DNA of 64,000 nucleotides from Pseudovirgaria hyperparasitica (Eukaryota). Below, one piece after another: positions 50,176-63,285 of this stretch; position 1 is the first letter of the stretch, and each line of letters begins with the position of its first letter. Position numbers and translations under genes: made by a program. The DNA is taken from NCBI GenBank assembly GCA_010093815.1, contig ML996579.1. One strand, 5' to 3'. The notes under the pieces were generated by a model that was not told where the DNA came from, did not search any database, and was given only the letters and a program-made list of their open reading frames with translations.

Positions 50176-50238
50176 TTTTCTACTTTCAATAAATTTTACT
50201 TCTACTTCTTACACCATTCCAGTTTTCATTTCACAAAA

Positions 50239-51192
50239 ATGCTCCCATGGTGTATACTCCTCATGGCAGTCGTTCCTGTCGTTGCCGATCCGTTGGCCAC
50301 GACTTATGCCATCCATTCATCTTGTTCTCCATACCCAGCAGTTTTGCAAGCTGTCACTGAAGCTATCAAGATGGCTTCTCTAGCTAGCCAGCACCTGGAA
50401 GCCGAAGATGACTGGGAGAAATACGACACATTCGGCCTTGGAGCTGCCTTCAGGCTTGTCTGGAACATTGCTGATCGTGACGATTACGAAGTTGCACTTG
50501 ACCAAGTGAGCACAATCTTTGGAAGTATTGCCGAAACCCGTCCGGGAGATTCGTTCTCCGGCGCAGATATTCACATTTACTGCGACAATGATGAGCGATG
50601 GAAACTCGCCAAAGATCGAACAGCCCTAGGCCCGCTCATGCAAGGAGACCCTGCGCCCCTGCCCAATTCCAGAGAACATCCAGACCAACAGATCTGGGTC
50701 GACAACACAAGTGGTGTTTACCATATCGGCATACCTGCATGTTTCTACGACACAACCGCAGTAACATATACGAAGGCTATACGCTCGCCGTTCCACTCCA
50801 GGCCACCTGCCCGGCGCGCCGCAATCACAATCTGCAATGATGGGTTGAAGCGATACTCAACGCTCGATGGGTACATTGATATAAAGACAGGTATTGACCT
50901 CTCTAAAATCGGTGTGGGCGCCGTCTCTGTGTTTCTAAGCCACACAATCCTACACGAGCTGACGCATACACTACCATATGAAGTCAATGATGACGAGGAC
51001 AACCCGTATGGGTGGGAACACTCGATTCAGAAGCACACGGATGCGGCGCTCGACAATGCAGATAACTATGCGTATTTCGGAGCGCTGGCGCTGTTGTTTG
51101 AGAAAGGATATATGCTCACACCGGATGCCATAGGGGCGGAGATGGGCGTCTTGGTTCAGAGGCCACGCGAAAGAAATCTGTCACCGGTTTAG
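50239..51192 (+). CDS. Secreted HExxH metalloprotease (M35/aspzincin-like), paralog of 12676-14223
   Basis: Signal peptide MLPWCILLMAVVPVVA; HIYCDNDERW; HELTHTLPY..YGW..NADNYAYFGALALLFEKGY. Confidence 0.82.
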   Translation: MLPWCILLMAVVPVVADPLATTYAIHSSCSPYPAVLQAVTEAIKMASLASQHLEAEDDWEKYDTFGLGAAFRLVWNIADRDDYEVALDQVSTIFGSIAETRPGDSFSGADIHIYCDNDERWKLAKDRTALGPLMQGDPAPLPNSREHPDQQIWVDNTSGVYHIGIPACFYDTTAVTYTKAIRSPFHSRPPARRAAITICNDGLKRYSTLDGYIDIKTGIDLSKIGVGAVSVFLSHTILHELTHTLPYEVNDDEDNPYGWEHSIQKHTDAALDNADNYAYFGALALLFEKGYMLTPDAIGAEMGVLVQRPRERNLSPV

Positions 51193-51356
51193 ACTTAATT
51201 GTACGGGTTGCCACTTTTGTATGTTCCATCAATGATCCATAGTAGAATCATGGTATGGAGGAGTGTGTCACGAATGGGGCTCGCCTTGTGACAGGGCTGA
51301 GGCTGATCCGGACTGTCGGACACGCCCAGGACACGCTCCGGTGCCAACTAAATTCG

Positions 51357-51776
51357 GAGGGTTCCCTCAAGCGTCCAGCGTATTTTAGTATTCTAAACGT
51401 TCGAAACAAAGATTTACTGAGTAATCATGTAGTTATTAGTTTAGCCGAAGTAATCTCCGGTACCCTTCTATCCGCCTCTTATTCTTCTCTCTTTCTCTCT
51501 CCCTCTCTTCCTCCCCCCCTCTCTTATTATTATATATAATTTTAGACCTCGCACGCTTTGAAACAACACTTGTACACGTGTTTTTAACTGATTTTGACTG
51601 AGTTAATCTCGTAGGCTTCAAAATAACACTGATTACACGTGTTTTTGACTTATAGACTACGGATATATACGTGCTTGAAGCTTATTCTATATTACTTAGT
51701 AAGATGGCTTAGATATATCGTATAATAGCCGACTCGTATAGTATACATAATATAGCTGGACGCTTGAGTAACCCTC
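51357..51776. mobile_element. Non-autonomous MITE, Mutator (MULE)-like
   Basis: Left end GAGGGTTCCCTCAAGCGTCCAGC; reverse complement of right end GAGGGTTACTCAAGCGTCCAGC; 9-bp flanks CTAAATTCG (51348-51356) and CTAAATTTG (51777-51785); AT-rich interior. Confidence 0.85.
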
Positions 51777-51953
51777 CTAAATTTGTCCAGGGATGGATTG
51801 TTTTATGCTGATGGCCCAAGCTTCTGACATCCATTCATGAAACGTCATTTATTTCGTGCGCCATTAAAACTTCGTTAATGGCTGCAACACGCTCAGCAAC
51901 CTTCGTATCAGTACTGGCGTATCTCCCTTTTGAGAAATGCCATTGCGATCACG

Positions 51954-52850
51954 ATGAAACAGCTCCGATCACTCAATTTCACCAGAGCCTTGCGCGAGCG
52001 CTTCGGCCACACCTCTTCGCAACGTAGCCCAGCACTCTGCAACACTTCAATTCACCATCCGACTCTCGTACGACCACACCCATACTCCTCCTCTGCATAT
52101 ACTTCTATCGACCCAAACGAAGTAACACACTTCACTGCCCTCGCCAGTAGCTGGTGGGACCCCCATGGCCCCTCGCGCCTGCTCCACCTCATGAATCCGC
52201 TCCGGCACACATTTATCGCCCGCTGCCTCCTCACTTCGCACCCCGACCCTGCGCCCGCAAGCCTCCACTACCTCGACATCGGCTGCGGCGGTGGTATCTT
52301 TGCCGAGTCTGCCGCCCGCCTACCCACCACTGCCAGCGTCACGGGTATTGATCCGACGCCCGACGTTCTCCATGTTGCGCAACGGCACCGACGGACAGAC
52401 CCAAAACTGCTTACACCCGGCCGGCTGACATATCTGAACAAGTCCGTCGAGCAATTACCACTGCCCGCGCGCGCTGATGCACTGTTCGACGTTGTGTCTT
52501 CGTTCGAGGTCATTGAGCACGTGGCCAAGCCTGCGCAGTTCCTCGAGGCAATATTCCCTCATGTCAAGCCTGGCGGATGGGTTGTACTGAGTACGATTGC
52601 GCGCACGTGGACGAGTTGGTTGACGACAAAGCTTGTGGCGGAGGATATGCTGCGTATTGTGCCGCGCGGCACGCATGAATGGAATAAGTACATAAACGAG
52701 GCGGAACTGAGGGAGTGGTTTGCCAGGCAGGTGGGCTGGGAGGATGTGCGATGTATGGGATGTATGTATGTGCCGGGAGTAGGCTGGAAGGAGGTTCAAG
52801 GAGGAGAGAAGATTGGGAACTATTTCTTTGCGGCACGGAAGAGGTTGTAA
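51954..52850 (+). CDS. COQ3: Ubiquinone biosynthesis O-methyltransferase, mitochondrial
   Basis: Presequence-like N-terminus; WWDPHGPSRLLHLMNPLR, LDIGCGGG, FEVIEHV and VPRGTHEW motifs. Confidence 0.95.
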   Translation: MKQLRSLNFTRALRERFGHTSSQRSPALCNTSIHHPTLVRPHPYSSSAYTSIDPNEVTHFTALASSWWDPHGPSRLLHLMNPLRHTFIARCLLTSHPDPAPASLHYLDIGCGGGIFAESAARLPTTASVTGIDPTPDVLHVAQRHRRTDPKLLTPGRLTYLNKSVEQLPLPARADALFDVVSSFEVIEHVAKPAQFLEAIFPHVKPGGWVVLSTIARTWTSWLTTKLVAEDMLRIVPRGTHEWNKYINEAELREWFARQVGWEDVRCMGCMYVPGVGWKEVQGGEKIGNYFFAARKRL

Positions 52851-53100
52851 GGAGGCTTCCGTGGAATGTTTCTTGTTGTATAGGTTGTATATGTGCATAC
52901 CTTTGCACAACAGCTTTTAACTACGAGCATAGTTCTCCAGATCCATACACGAGCATTATAATTAAAGTAGTGTCCAAAGGAATGAGCCACTAGCTGTATC
53001 AATATCGATTTAGACGCCAGCCAATGCCTGTTGATGCCAACTAACGCCCCGCTAGAAAACAATGATATTGCATGCAGCCTTGCCGTCTTGACTGGGCCTT

Positions 53101-53898
53101 CTATTTGCGCTTGTGCGAGTAGTCCCTCAAGATACCCGCCATATGTGTATTGGTCTGTCTCCCACTCTTTCTCGCTGCCTTCTTCTTCCTTTCCTTTACC
53201 TTCGGCCCAGTCAGCCCTTCCCTCGGCGCACTAGTCGGCTTCAAGCCCGCCGCTTCCAGCTTACTCCTCAACTCATCCGGATTTGCCGGCAGCGCAATCG
53301 TGTGCCACTGGTCGCAGAACTTCGCATCGATCTTCGCAGAAAGCGTCGGGTCATTCTGCCACACATATTTGGGCGTATTCTCTTTCTTGTTGCGGATGAC
53401 CAGTAAATCGCCTTTCTTGTCGAGCTCGTTAATGGCGTCCCATGCGCCAGGCCAGCCTTCCTTAAGCTCCTTTGCGTTCAGCCCGAGGGACACCTTCTGC
53501 TTTTGAAAATACGCCTTGAGGTCTTCGCCCGAGCGCACGTTGTGTTTCGGCCGGAAGCGATACGAGCCCGCGCCATTGAAGCCCTTCGGGTTGAACTCGA
53601 TCTGGTCATGACGTGGGAGGGCGTAGCGTAAGCGCTCTTGAAAACCGGGGTCTGAAATTGACAGGTAGTCGATAAGGTCTTGGAAGCTGACGGCTTTGTC
53701 GGTGGATTTGAGGCGGGTGACGGCGAAGTGTACCTGGGCTTTAAGTTGCGCGGCGCCTTCGGAGAGATGTGGGCCACCCCCATTACCAAGATTAGAATGG
53801 ATGGAGGCGGCAGGGGCAGGTCGTTTACGTTTCTGGCCGGTGCTGGATGCGTTTGAGGGTGTAGGTGATGCGGTTGCGTTGGGTGCGAGAAAAGACAT
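53101..53898 (-). CDS. TFA2: Transcription initiation factor TFIIE beta subunit
   Basis: AVTRLK, YRFRPKHNVRS, ELKEGWP, FCDQW and RQTNTHMAGILRDYS motifs. Confidence 0.9.
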   Translation of the reverse strand: MSFLAPNATASPTPSNASSTGQKRKRPAPAASIHSNLGNGGGPHLSEGAAQLKAQVHFAVTRLKSTDKAVSFQDLIDYLSISDPGFQERLRYALPRHDQIEFNPKGFNGAGSYRFRPKHNVRSGEDLKAYFQKQKVSLGLNAKELKEGWPGAWDAINELDKKGDLLVIRNKKENTPKYVWQNDPTLSAKIDAKFCDQWHTIALPANPDELRSKLEAAGLKPTSAPREGLTGPKVKERKKKAARKSGRQTNTHMAGILRDYSHKRK

Positions 53899-54310
53899 TG
53901 TTGTATACCTGTCGAGGACGATGTGGTGCCTCGAGAAAGACAACAACGCTGTATCAAAGAATCGAGTAGCTGACGATTTTGGGGGCGAGGTTTGCTGTAT
54001 GTACGTGGCATGTATTGAGTAGATAAGGTATTGATGAATCTCTGAAATCACAAGCGCAACGACGTCACGGGATATCAATTACAGCTCCGCTAGCGGATTG
54101 TGGAATAGCGGTTAATGCCTAGCGTTGCCGCCTTGGTATGCAGGCAGAACCGATCCACAACAGTGAACTGAACTGGTGCGTCGACCTATCCACAAGACTT
54201 CCGAACAGCACAACCATCTGTTTGATACTTTTCCTTGGGCCAACTATTCAAATAGGGAGTCTGAGTAGAATGCTACGCGTCACCTGAAGCTTCTTTCCCC
54301 GCGTCGCAAT

Positions 54311-57300
54311 ATGGCCGCGGCAACTGTAGACGTAGCATACCTTGCTGCGTCCTACACAATACCGCAGCCAACGCTCCAAACGCTTCTAGACGAACCTACG
54401 AAAGAGCTTGTTCAAGATCTCCTTGCGCAGATCGAGGTGAAGGCACGTGAGTTCGACGATCTGAAGGCAGACAAACTCCGTACTGAGGTCGAACTTCAAA
54501 CTGCGAAGCATATTGGTGATACGCGTGCAAAATCACTCAAGGCGACAGTCGACAACAGCTTGAAAGAGATTGAAGAATTGCGCAAAAAGCTCAATGATGA
54601 AGGTAGGTATCGTAACCACTCCCTTTGCGCAGGTTGTCGCTATGCTAATATGGACTTGCAGAGAATCGGCGTCAATCTGTGGAGACCGAGCTGCAAAACC
54701 TCAAAGCAACTACTTCAACTGCCTCGTCCGAAACGCAATCGCTCCAGAACCGCATAAACAGCCTCGAAGCCTCAAATCGCGAAACAGTAGCTCTGCTCGA
54801 AGCCAAATCTACCACACACGACAAGCTCGCGGAAGAGCTTGCCCAACAACACCAAAAGATCCTGGTACTACGTAAAGAAGTTTCAGAACTCGAAGAGAAG
54901 AACCAAACACTTGAGAACGCGGCGTTGGGAAGCAAATTCAAGGATCAGACGCAACAGCAAGAAATCGAACGCCTGAAGAAAGATGTTGAGTGGCATCAGG
55001 CTGAACTTCAGACTCGCGGTGCAGAATACTCTAGGTTCAGGAAAGAGAAAGGTGCCAGGATCATTGAGCTCCAGCGTGCCAATGAAGACTCTACCAGCAC
55101 GATTGAATCACAGAAAAGGACGGAAACCATTTTGCGCAACCGCATTGAAGAGTTGACACAAGCAACAGAGGATGCACTTTCCAAGACACAAAAATTACAA
55201 GAGGAAGCTGCACGCTCCGAAGAATCGTTCCGCTTGGATCTCAATAATGCACAAAGACTGGCAGAGCTCCAGAAGCAGAGCTCCGACACGAACCGGGCAC
55301 GATTGAAGGAAGTGCAGCAATCGTTGGATACTGTGAGAGACGAGGCTGCTTTGGAAATCGGTCAGCTCCAGGCTGAAGTTGAAACTGAGCGCAATCTCAA
55401 AGAGGCTGCTGAGAACAAACTAGCTGAGCTTGAGTCACACATCGAGAAGATCGAAACTTCGCTCGCTGCTGAGCAAGCTCGCGCTGTAGCTTCAACGCCG
55501 AGACGTGGTCAGAATGGCTTCGGCACTCCAGGTCGACCAGGATCTCCATTCACACCTGGTTCGTCGCGCTTCAAGTCCAGCAACTCCGTCACCAATACAC
55601 AGCTGTACGCCGAAAATGCCGATCTCAAAGCAGAAGTCGCTGCCCAGAGAAGACGATGCGCGCAGTTGACAGAGACTCTCGATACCTTTGTGCAAGACCT
55701 GGAGTCTAAACAACCAGAAATCGAAGAACTGAAGGCCGAACAGGATCGTTTGACCTCTGAAGTGACAGAAATCTCGGCTCTTCTCGAAGAAGCCACCCGC
55801 GATCGCGAAGTTGCCGCTCGAGAGGCTCGCAAGTGGCACAGTCAGGTCGAAGGAAGCGCCCGCGAGTCGAGCATTTTACGACAACAGCTGCGCGACCTCA
55901 GCGCGCAGATGAGAGTGTTACTCGTTGAACTACAGGCTAGAGAGAGTGGCCTTGATAGTCTTAACGGCGAACAGCGACAAATCTTCCAGCGCATCGCTAA
56001 TGGTGAGCTGGACGAGGCTGAGCTCAGCGAATTGAGTCCGGTCAATCAATTAATATCCCAACGCCTAGTCATCTTCCGCACTGTGAGCGAGCTCCAGGAA
56101 CGCAACACTGAGCTCCTTGAGGCGACTCGCAATTTCGCACAGCGAATGGAGGGAGAAGAAGCCAAAGCCAAGGCCGAGCAGCAAGAGAAGGAACTGAAAG
56201 AACTTGAACAACTACGGGACCGATGTGCATCGTATGAGGACGAAGTAAAATCGCTTAAAACTCGTTCTCAAAGCTACATTAAAGAGAGGGACATGTACCG
56301 TCGGATGCTCACTCACCGCGGTCAACTACCTCCGGCGGACGACCTTGCATCCCAGTTCGGACAATCTGTCGATGGCCGAGCGTCACAAGTGGGAGGAGAG
56401 GCGACCCATGAGCCACTCCAATCAAAGGATATCGCGGATTACGCAAAGATCATCAAGGACATGCAAGCTCACCTTGACGCGATGAAGAATGAAGCCGATA
56501 CTGACCATGCCATTCTGAAGCAGCAACGTGATCAGTTGGCTAAAGAGAGAGGCACCTTACAAAGTGAGAATGCCAAATTCAGTAGCCAGCTCTCCCTTGA
56601 GCACCAACGCTATGAACTGCTAAATTCGACTTTGTCATCAATGAAAGCTGAAAATGCCGAGCTGAGGCAAAGAACCGATACTCTGAGGGAAGCTGCTGCC
56701 AAGCAGGACCTTAGAACTCAGCAGGTAGCTGAGGATCTGATCGAGGCCAAGACATTGGCAGACAGTACTAGGAATGAGGTCAACAACCTGAAACAGCTCA
56801 ACGAGATGCTCAAGAGATCCGAAAATAGACTAACAGAGGACAACAAAACGCTACTGGAAGAGAGAGGGCGACTGAACAAGCTTGTCAGCGACCTACAAAC
56901 TCTTCAAAATGAGCGGGAGCTGTCTGAGTCTGAGAATCGACGCCGTCTTCAAACCAAATCCGACGCTCTTGAGTCCGAACTAAGCACCATCAAGCGCAAG
57001 CTAGATGAAGAGGTAGAAGAGTCTAAGAAAGCAGCTCTCAGACGGGAGTACGAACAAGAGAACAGCAGAGCGCAGATTGACGACCTTCAGAAGAGCCGGC
57101 AGAATATCAAGGAGGACCTGGTAGCTGCTCAGACATCGCGAGATCTTCTCCAAGCACGGGTGGAGGAGTTGAAGATCGAATTGAAGAATGCGGAGGCCCG
57201 CGCCGACGCATTGCAGCCGCGTCCCTCGACCCGCCCGGATATCGCGTCCGCCGAAGATGATATGAACGCCCTCAGCCGTGAGCAAGAACTTGCTGTTGAA

Positions 57301-60300
57301 GTAGCTGATCTAAAACGTGATCTTGAGCTCACTAAAGCTGAGGTTGAATCTGCAAATGTCCACGTCGAGAACTACAAGAACATTGCCCAAGATGCCGAAG
57401 AACAACTAGCAAGCATCACCGCCATGAGTGACCAATACTCAGAAGAGACTGATGCCCTGATCAAGGAGAAGGATGCCAAGATTTCTGATCTAGGAAAGCG
57501 TGTTGACGAAATTACGTCTGAACTTGCATCTACAAGCACGGAACTTACTGATCTGCAAGCAATTCAAGCCGAAGCCGACTCCAAATTCAACGACCAGAAG
57601 TCCGCCCTAGAAGCAGACATTTCTCGCTTGAAGGATGAATGTGAAAGATGGCAGGAAACGGCCAACTTCCATCAAGAAGACAAAAAGACGCAGGCTGAGA
57701 TTGCGCAGCACGCGCAGCAGAGCTATGAGAACGAACTTGTGAAGCACGCAGAAGCCACAACAGCTCTTCAAAAGATTCGAGGTGAATACAACGAGCTCAG
57801 AACGGAGGTTGCTAGTATCAAGGCCGAGGCCGAGACTGCAAAGACTGCCCTGGCCCAGAACGAAAAGACTTGGTCCGAAACCAAGGACCGATACGAGCGT
57901 GAAGTGACGAATCTCAAGATGAGGCGCGAGGAGATTGACAATCAGAATAAGCTGCTCCATCAACAGCTTGATAATGTCAGCTCCCAGATCACGGCGCTGA
58001 AACAATCACGAACGAACGGGGCTACTGATAACGAGGCGTCGGTCGCATCTCCAGGTCCAGGCGGAGACAGTGTTCAAGAAGTAATTCGCTACCTTCGACG
58101 CGAGAAAGAGATCGTCGATGTGCAATATGAAATGTCGATCCAGGAACAGAAGCGTCTGCGTCAGCAACTTGAATACACTCAAACACAACTCGAGCAGACT
58201 CGCGAAAAGCTGAGCCACGAGCGCCAATCGCAGCTCGACAAGGAACAGAATGCACTAAGCCACACCCAACTCATAGACACCATCAACGAACTCAATGTCT
58301 TCAGGGAGAGTAGTACGACTCTTCGTCACGAGGCCAGACAGGCCCAGAAGCAGCTTGCAGACAAGGTAGCTGAAGTCGAAAATCTCGTTAGCCGTATACA
58401 ACCTCTTGAGGCCAGAGTACAGGAGCTTGAAAATGAACTTGAGAACAAGAATGACAACATAGGTCTGCTAGAAAAACTGCGCGACGAGCTGCAGCAGCGC
58501 AATCAGAACATCCTGTCGAAGTACAACCGCATCGATCCTGCCGAGCACGACAGTCTGAAAGAGCAAGTTGCCACCTTGCAGACCGAACTTGAGCAAGCTG
58601 TGGCCGAAAAACAACCCCTGCAAGAAAGATTGGACGGCCATGTGGAGGAGATGCGTCTGGCATTAGAACAACAACTGACCACCTTCAATGAGCGTAGAAC
58701 GAAGCTTGTAGAGCAATCGAAGGCTCATGACGCAAAGCGACTCCAGAGAATCACTGCTCTTCAGACAGAAAAGAACGAAGTCGCCAGCCAACTTGAAGCC
58801 ACCAAGCTCGAGCTCGAGTCTACTAAAACTGCACGAGATGATGCGCTTGCAGCCGCTGAACAACGAGATACGGAGATGGGTGAGGGCGCGGAGAGTGGCG
58901 AGGTGGATGAGACCAAGGCAGCGCTCGAGGCTCAGGTTGCAGAAGCAGAGGCTCGTGCAACTGCAGCGGAGACGAAGGCAGCAGAAGAATTGTCCAAATC
59001 GAATGCTCTTGACGCCAGCATTGAGAGCCTGCGGGCAAGGGTCTACGAATTAGAGCAACAAATTGTGAGTCCATTATAGAAGCTAGGCAGATACTCAAGG
59101 TACTAATTCAGATAGAACACATTGCAACATCAGCTCGAATCCAGCAAAGCAGAGCTCACCACGCTCCAAGAATGTCATTCTGAGGGTCAGATTCCAGATA
59201 CCTCTACCGAGCTCGAAGGACTTCAAGCAGAGCTAGCCAGCATTAAGCAAGAGAACGAGGCTCTTCGCGCCTCTGTCATCACGAATGGAGGACCGGCAAC
59301 GGACGAGGCAGAGAATGACGAGCGATTGTCCGCAGAGCAAATCACAGAGCAGGTCAATACCATCAAGGCTGAACTTGAAGCGAAACATGCGGACAGAATG
59401 GCAACCCTAGAAGAAACGTTCAAGAAAAGGTCTGAGAATATGAAAAATCAGCTTAACACGAAGTTAAGGGAAAAGAACGAAGCTTTGGCACAGATGAAGA
59501 CGGAGCATGAGGAGGCGGTCAATCGTCTTAAATCCGAGCACTCTGAAGAATTGTCAAGAATTAGCTCTGAACATGCAGATGAGGTTGCACGCCTGAACTC
59601 CGAATTCACGAATCGATCTCAAGTGTCGTCAACGGTTGAAGAGTCCCAGCCTAAGGCAGCTCCGACTGTGAAGGCCGAGGAGAGTGGGTCGAAGCCCGCA
59701 CCGACTCCTGCGATGAACGGAGGTGCAAATTCGACCATGAGTCGCGACGAAGTTCTTAAATCTTTGACCGACCCCGAGGTCAAAGATCTAGTCGCTAAAA
59801 ATGCTACCATCAATGGAATTATCAAACGTAATATTCAAACCAAGTTGGCCCTGGAGAAGGATACATTCACCAAGAGCTTAAACGCCGAGCACGAGAAGGC
59901 GCTCGAGGCTGTGAAGTCCGAGGCAGCTACTACGATTGCAAAAGGTGATGCTAAAGTCAAAAATGCAGAGATGATGTTACAAAAACGTTACCAGATAAAG
60001 ATAAGCTCCCTCGAAAACCAGCGGAATTTGGCACAAATGAAGGTCGGCATGGTGGAAAGCGCAGCGAACGAGACACCTCAGAAGCCCGTCATTGAGGTCT
60101 GGATAACTATCAAAGACGTGAAGCTCACAAAAGCTGTACCGGCACCGACTCCAGCGGTCCCATCGACTCCAACTACAGCATCTCAAGCAAATGCACCACA
60201 AACCCAGCAGCCACCTCCATCTGCTCTCCCGCATTCTTCTTTTGTTACCAACACGCAGCAACAGAACACGTCTACACCTGCAATTGCATCGAGCATGGCA

Positions 60301-60849
60301 CAGCCTCGACCAGGAATGTTCAGTGTTCAACCAGGCGGCCAAACGAGTACAAACCAGGCCCGACAGAACGCGGGGGCTTCCAACACAACATCAGGAACGT
60401 TCGGAACGCCGACACCAGCCTTCCAGTCGTCGTTACCAGGTCAAGGGCAATCGCAAGGCCTTCCTCAAAATCCTAATGCAGGACGAGGCAACTTCGGCAG
60501 AGGCACCTTTAGTGCCCGTGGTGGCATCAGCATGCCTCGAGGAGGTCCTGGTGGTGTTGCTCAACAAGCAGCTCAAATCACCAGCCAGGTTCCGCAGCCG
60601 GGAAGTGGCATTCCTCGTGGAGGAGGCGGCATTCCTCGCGGACGTGGACGCGGCGCCCGAGGAGGAGGAGGAGCTCCAACAAACCTCGCCGCAAATTCAA
60701 CAACAAGCAGCGACCAACCAGGCTCGCCCATGAACCCAGGTGCACAACACTTCGTACCTCGCGGCGGCGGCGCGCAGAAGCGAGGTCGGGACGACAGCGG
60801 CAGCGACCAAGCCCAGAAAAGGGCCAAGTCGAACGAAGCTGGATCATGA
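54311..60849 (+). CDS. MLP1: Nuclear basket coiled-coil nucleoporin (TPR/Mlp1/Nup211); exons 54311-54602, 54662-59064, 59116-60849
   Basis: About 2100-aa coiled coil; LVIFRTVSELQERN, AQQSYENELVKHAE, YLRREKEI and ELNVFRESSTTLR; RGG-rich tail. Confidence 0.9.
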
Positions 60850-61403
60850 TCTGGGGGCTCGATGTTTGTTTCAGGGAGGGAAGCTATTCAATACTGCATA
60901 TTCAGGGGGCCTATATTCCTTTTGCTTTGTTACAGGGTGAATCTTCACAAAGATGGCAAACAGAATCATGGTGTGTATATGTACAATATGCGAGCGTCGA
61001 ATCAGGGGTATCGAGTCCGCGTAACCAATGCGAACAAGAGGAAGCGAACAGAAGTGTTTTCGGATGTGTATCATAAACAGTCGCATTGGGTGGGGGCTCT
61101 CCAAGTAACCTGTACAGATGGGGGAGGAGAATCGTTATTCTCGTTCCCTTGTTGGGAAGCTAATCGAAAGCAATTTACATTCTGTTGTATAGAAGATACA
61201 CCATCTGTCACCCGAAACCAGACCAATGAAGTAAGACGAGAAGTACTTGGAAGGCTAAATGGGAAAGCACACCAAATGCATATACGCTAAGAATAGCCTT
61301 GACACTCATAATTATATACTACTTCAACAATTAAAAGTAAGATGAGCTTTGTATTCTTCGAATAGATTGATAAACATTTCAATCAGCCACTAATAACAGT
61401 TAT

Positions 61404-63285
61404 CTACTCTGCAAGGCACGCTTTCTCTATGGGTATACCATCCGCTTTGGATCGTCCGCCCTTTTGGGATTTCTCTTTCTTAGGCCCGTCTTTTTTGAGT
61501 CCCTGTTTTCCAAACGTATCTCTCCATTGCGATGCTTTCGTAGGATCAAGTCGTCGAAAGAGAAGAGCCGCAGTGCCCACCGTATGTCCGGGTGAAACTG
61601 CCTTGGTATCCCAGACATCAGGTATGAGATCTGGCTTTGTCTTAAGTTGATTCTGTATTGATTGTGCAGTATCCGGCATATACGGAGCCAGAAGCGCCGC
61701 AATGAGGTGTGCAAGGTTTACGGCGTACCCGATAATAGCTGCACATTTTAATGGCTGGCTCATGGCCAGCTTGTTGTCTAGACCTTCGGATTGAAGGAAA
61801 ACATTACCGCGCTGTGAGATGCGGAGGATAGTGTTGAGGGCGGCGCGCAGCTTGACTCCGTCTAACTCTTGAATGTACTGTGTCAGGAGAGCATTGATAT
61901 CTTCCTCTAAAACGTCAAGGGATGCCTCTTTGTGCGAAGTGTACTCGGGGACGACACCCTCATAATGCGACCCGTTTAAGAATTTGAGCACACGATTGAT
62001 GAAGTTTCCGAGGTTTTTGAGCAGCAAGTTGTTATTACCACTAATCAACGCATCCCAATTGAATTCGCTGTCCCCGCTCTCTGGACGATGAGCGAGTAGA
62101 TAGAAGCGCCAGATATCAGCAGGAATACCAGTGTTCCTAGCCGTGTCCCCAAACACGCCTATGCCGCGGGATTTTGAAAACTTACCACCCTCGTATGTGA
62201 GATACTCAGTACTTGAAAGGTGGTGGAGCTTCGTCCAATCGTCCTGTGATCCAAGCTGCGAGCCTGGAAAGATTACCGAATGATATGAGACGTTATCTTT
62301 ACCAAGAAATTGATAGAGTTGCACATCGTCCGGGCTATGCCACCAGCGCCTCCATTCAGGTGTATACTGTGCCGTGATAGAGATATATCCGATACAAGCG
62401 TCAAACCATGAGTAGATGACCTTATCTTCGTATTGCGCGATAGGTACCGCTATACCCCATTTTAGATCGCGAGTAATACTCCGTGGAATAAGGCCCTCTT
62501 TCAACCAGGCTTCGGTGATACGCTTGCCATTTTCGGACCACGCGCCTTTCTTGGCGGACTGGCGATAGAAAGCATCGATTTTAGGTTGCAGCTTGTCTAA
62601 CCTTAGAAACATGTGTTTAGTTTCCTGTACGACTGGTGTAGAGCCATCAACTTTGCATCGAGGATTTTTGAGATCAAGAGTGTCTAAAATCTTCCCGCAT
62701 CCATCGCACTGGTCTCCTCGAGCATCTGGGTAGCTACAAGCATTGCATTCACCCTCAACAAAGCGATCCGCTAGAAAGGAGAGATGTTGTTGGCAATACA
62801 GTTGATTTGTCCAGCGTTCCTCGAGGAACCCATTGTTCTGCAACTTTAAGAAGACATCTTGGGTAGTTTGACTATGTAGCTCATGCGTTGTACGTCCGAA
62901 GATATCGAAGCTGATGTTGAACCAGCGGTAGATGTCGGCGTGGATAGCGAAATATCGATCGCAGAGCTCTTTCGGTGTGCAATTCTCTGCAAGGGCTTTC
63001 ACTTCCGCCGTCGTTCCATATTCATCAGTGCCTGTAAGCAACGAATGAGAATCCTTTGTCATCGACGATCTTGGCTGAGATAGAGAAACACTAACCACAA
63101 ACGTAGAGCGTTCTGAGTCCACGGCCTCTGCAGTAACGGGCAAAGACGTCCGCAGACAACACTGACCCTATGATATTGCCCAGGTGAGGCACATTGTTGA
63201 CGTACGGCAATGCACTCGTAATGAGGATATTGCGTTCCCCTGGTTCAGGGAGAATGGTCTGTTGTACGCCTGAATGTAGCGACAT
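61404..63285 (-). CDS. MES1: Cytosolic-type methionyl-tRNA synthetase; exons 63285-63096, 63031-61404
   Basis: [23 protein letters not shown], zinc knuckle [17 protein letters not shown] and KFSKS motifs. Confidence 0.9.
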
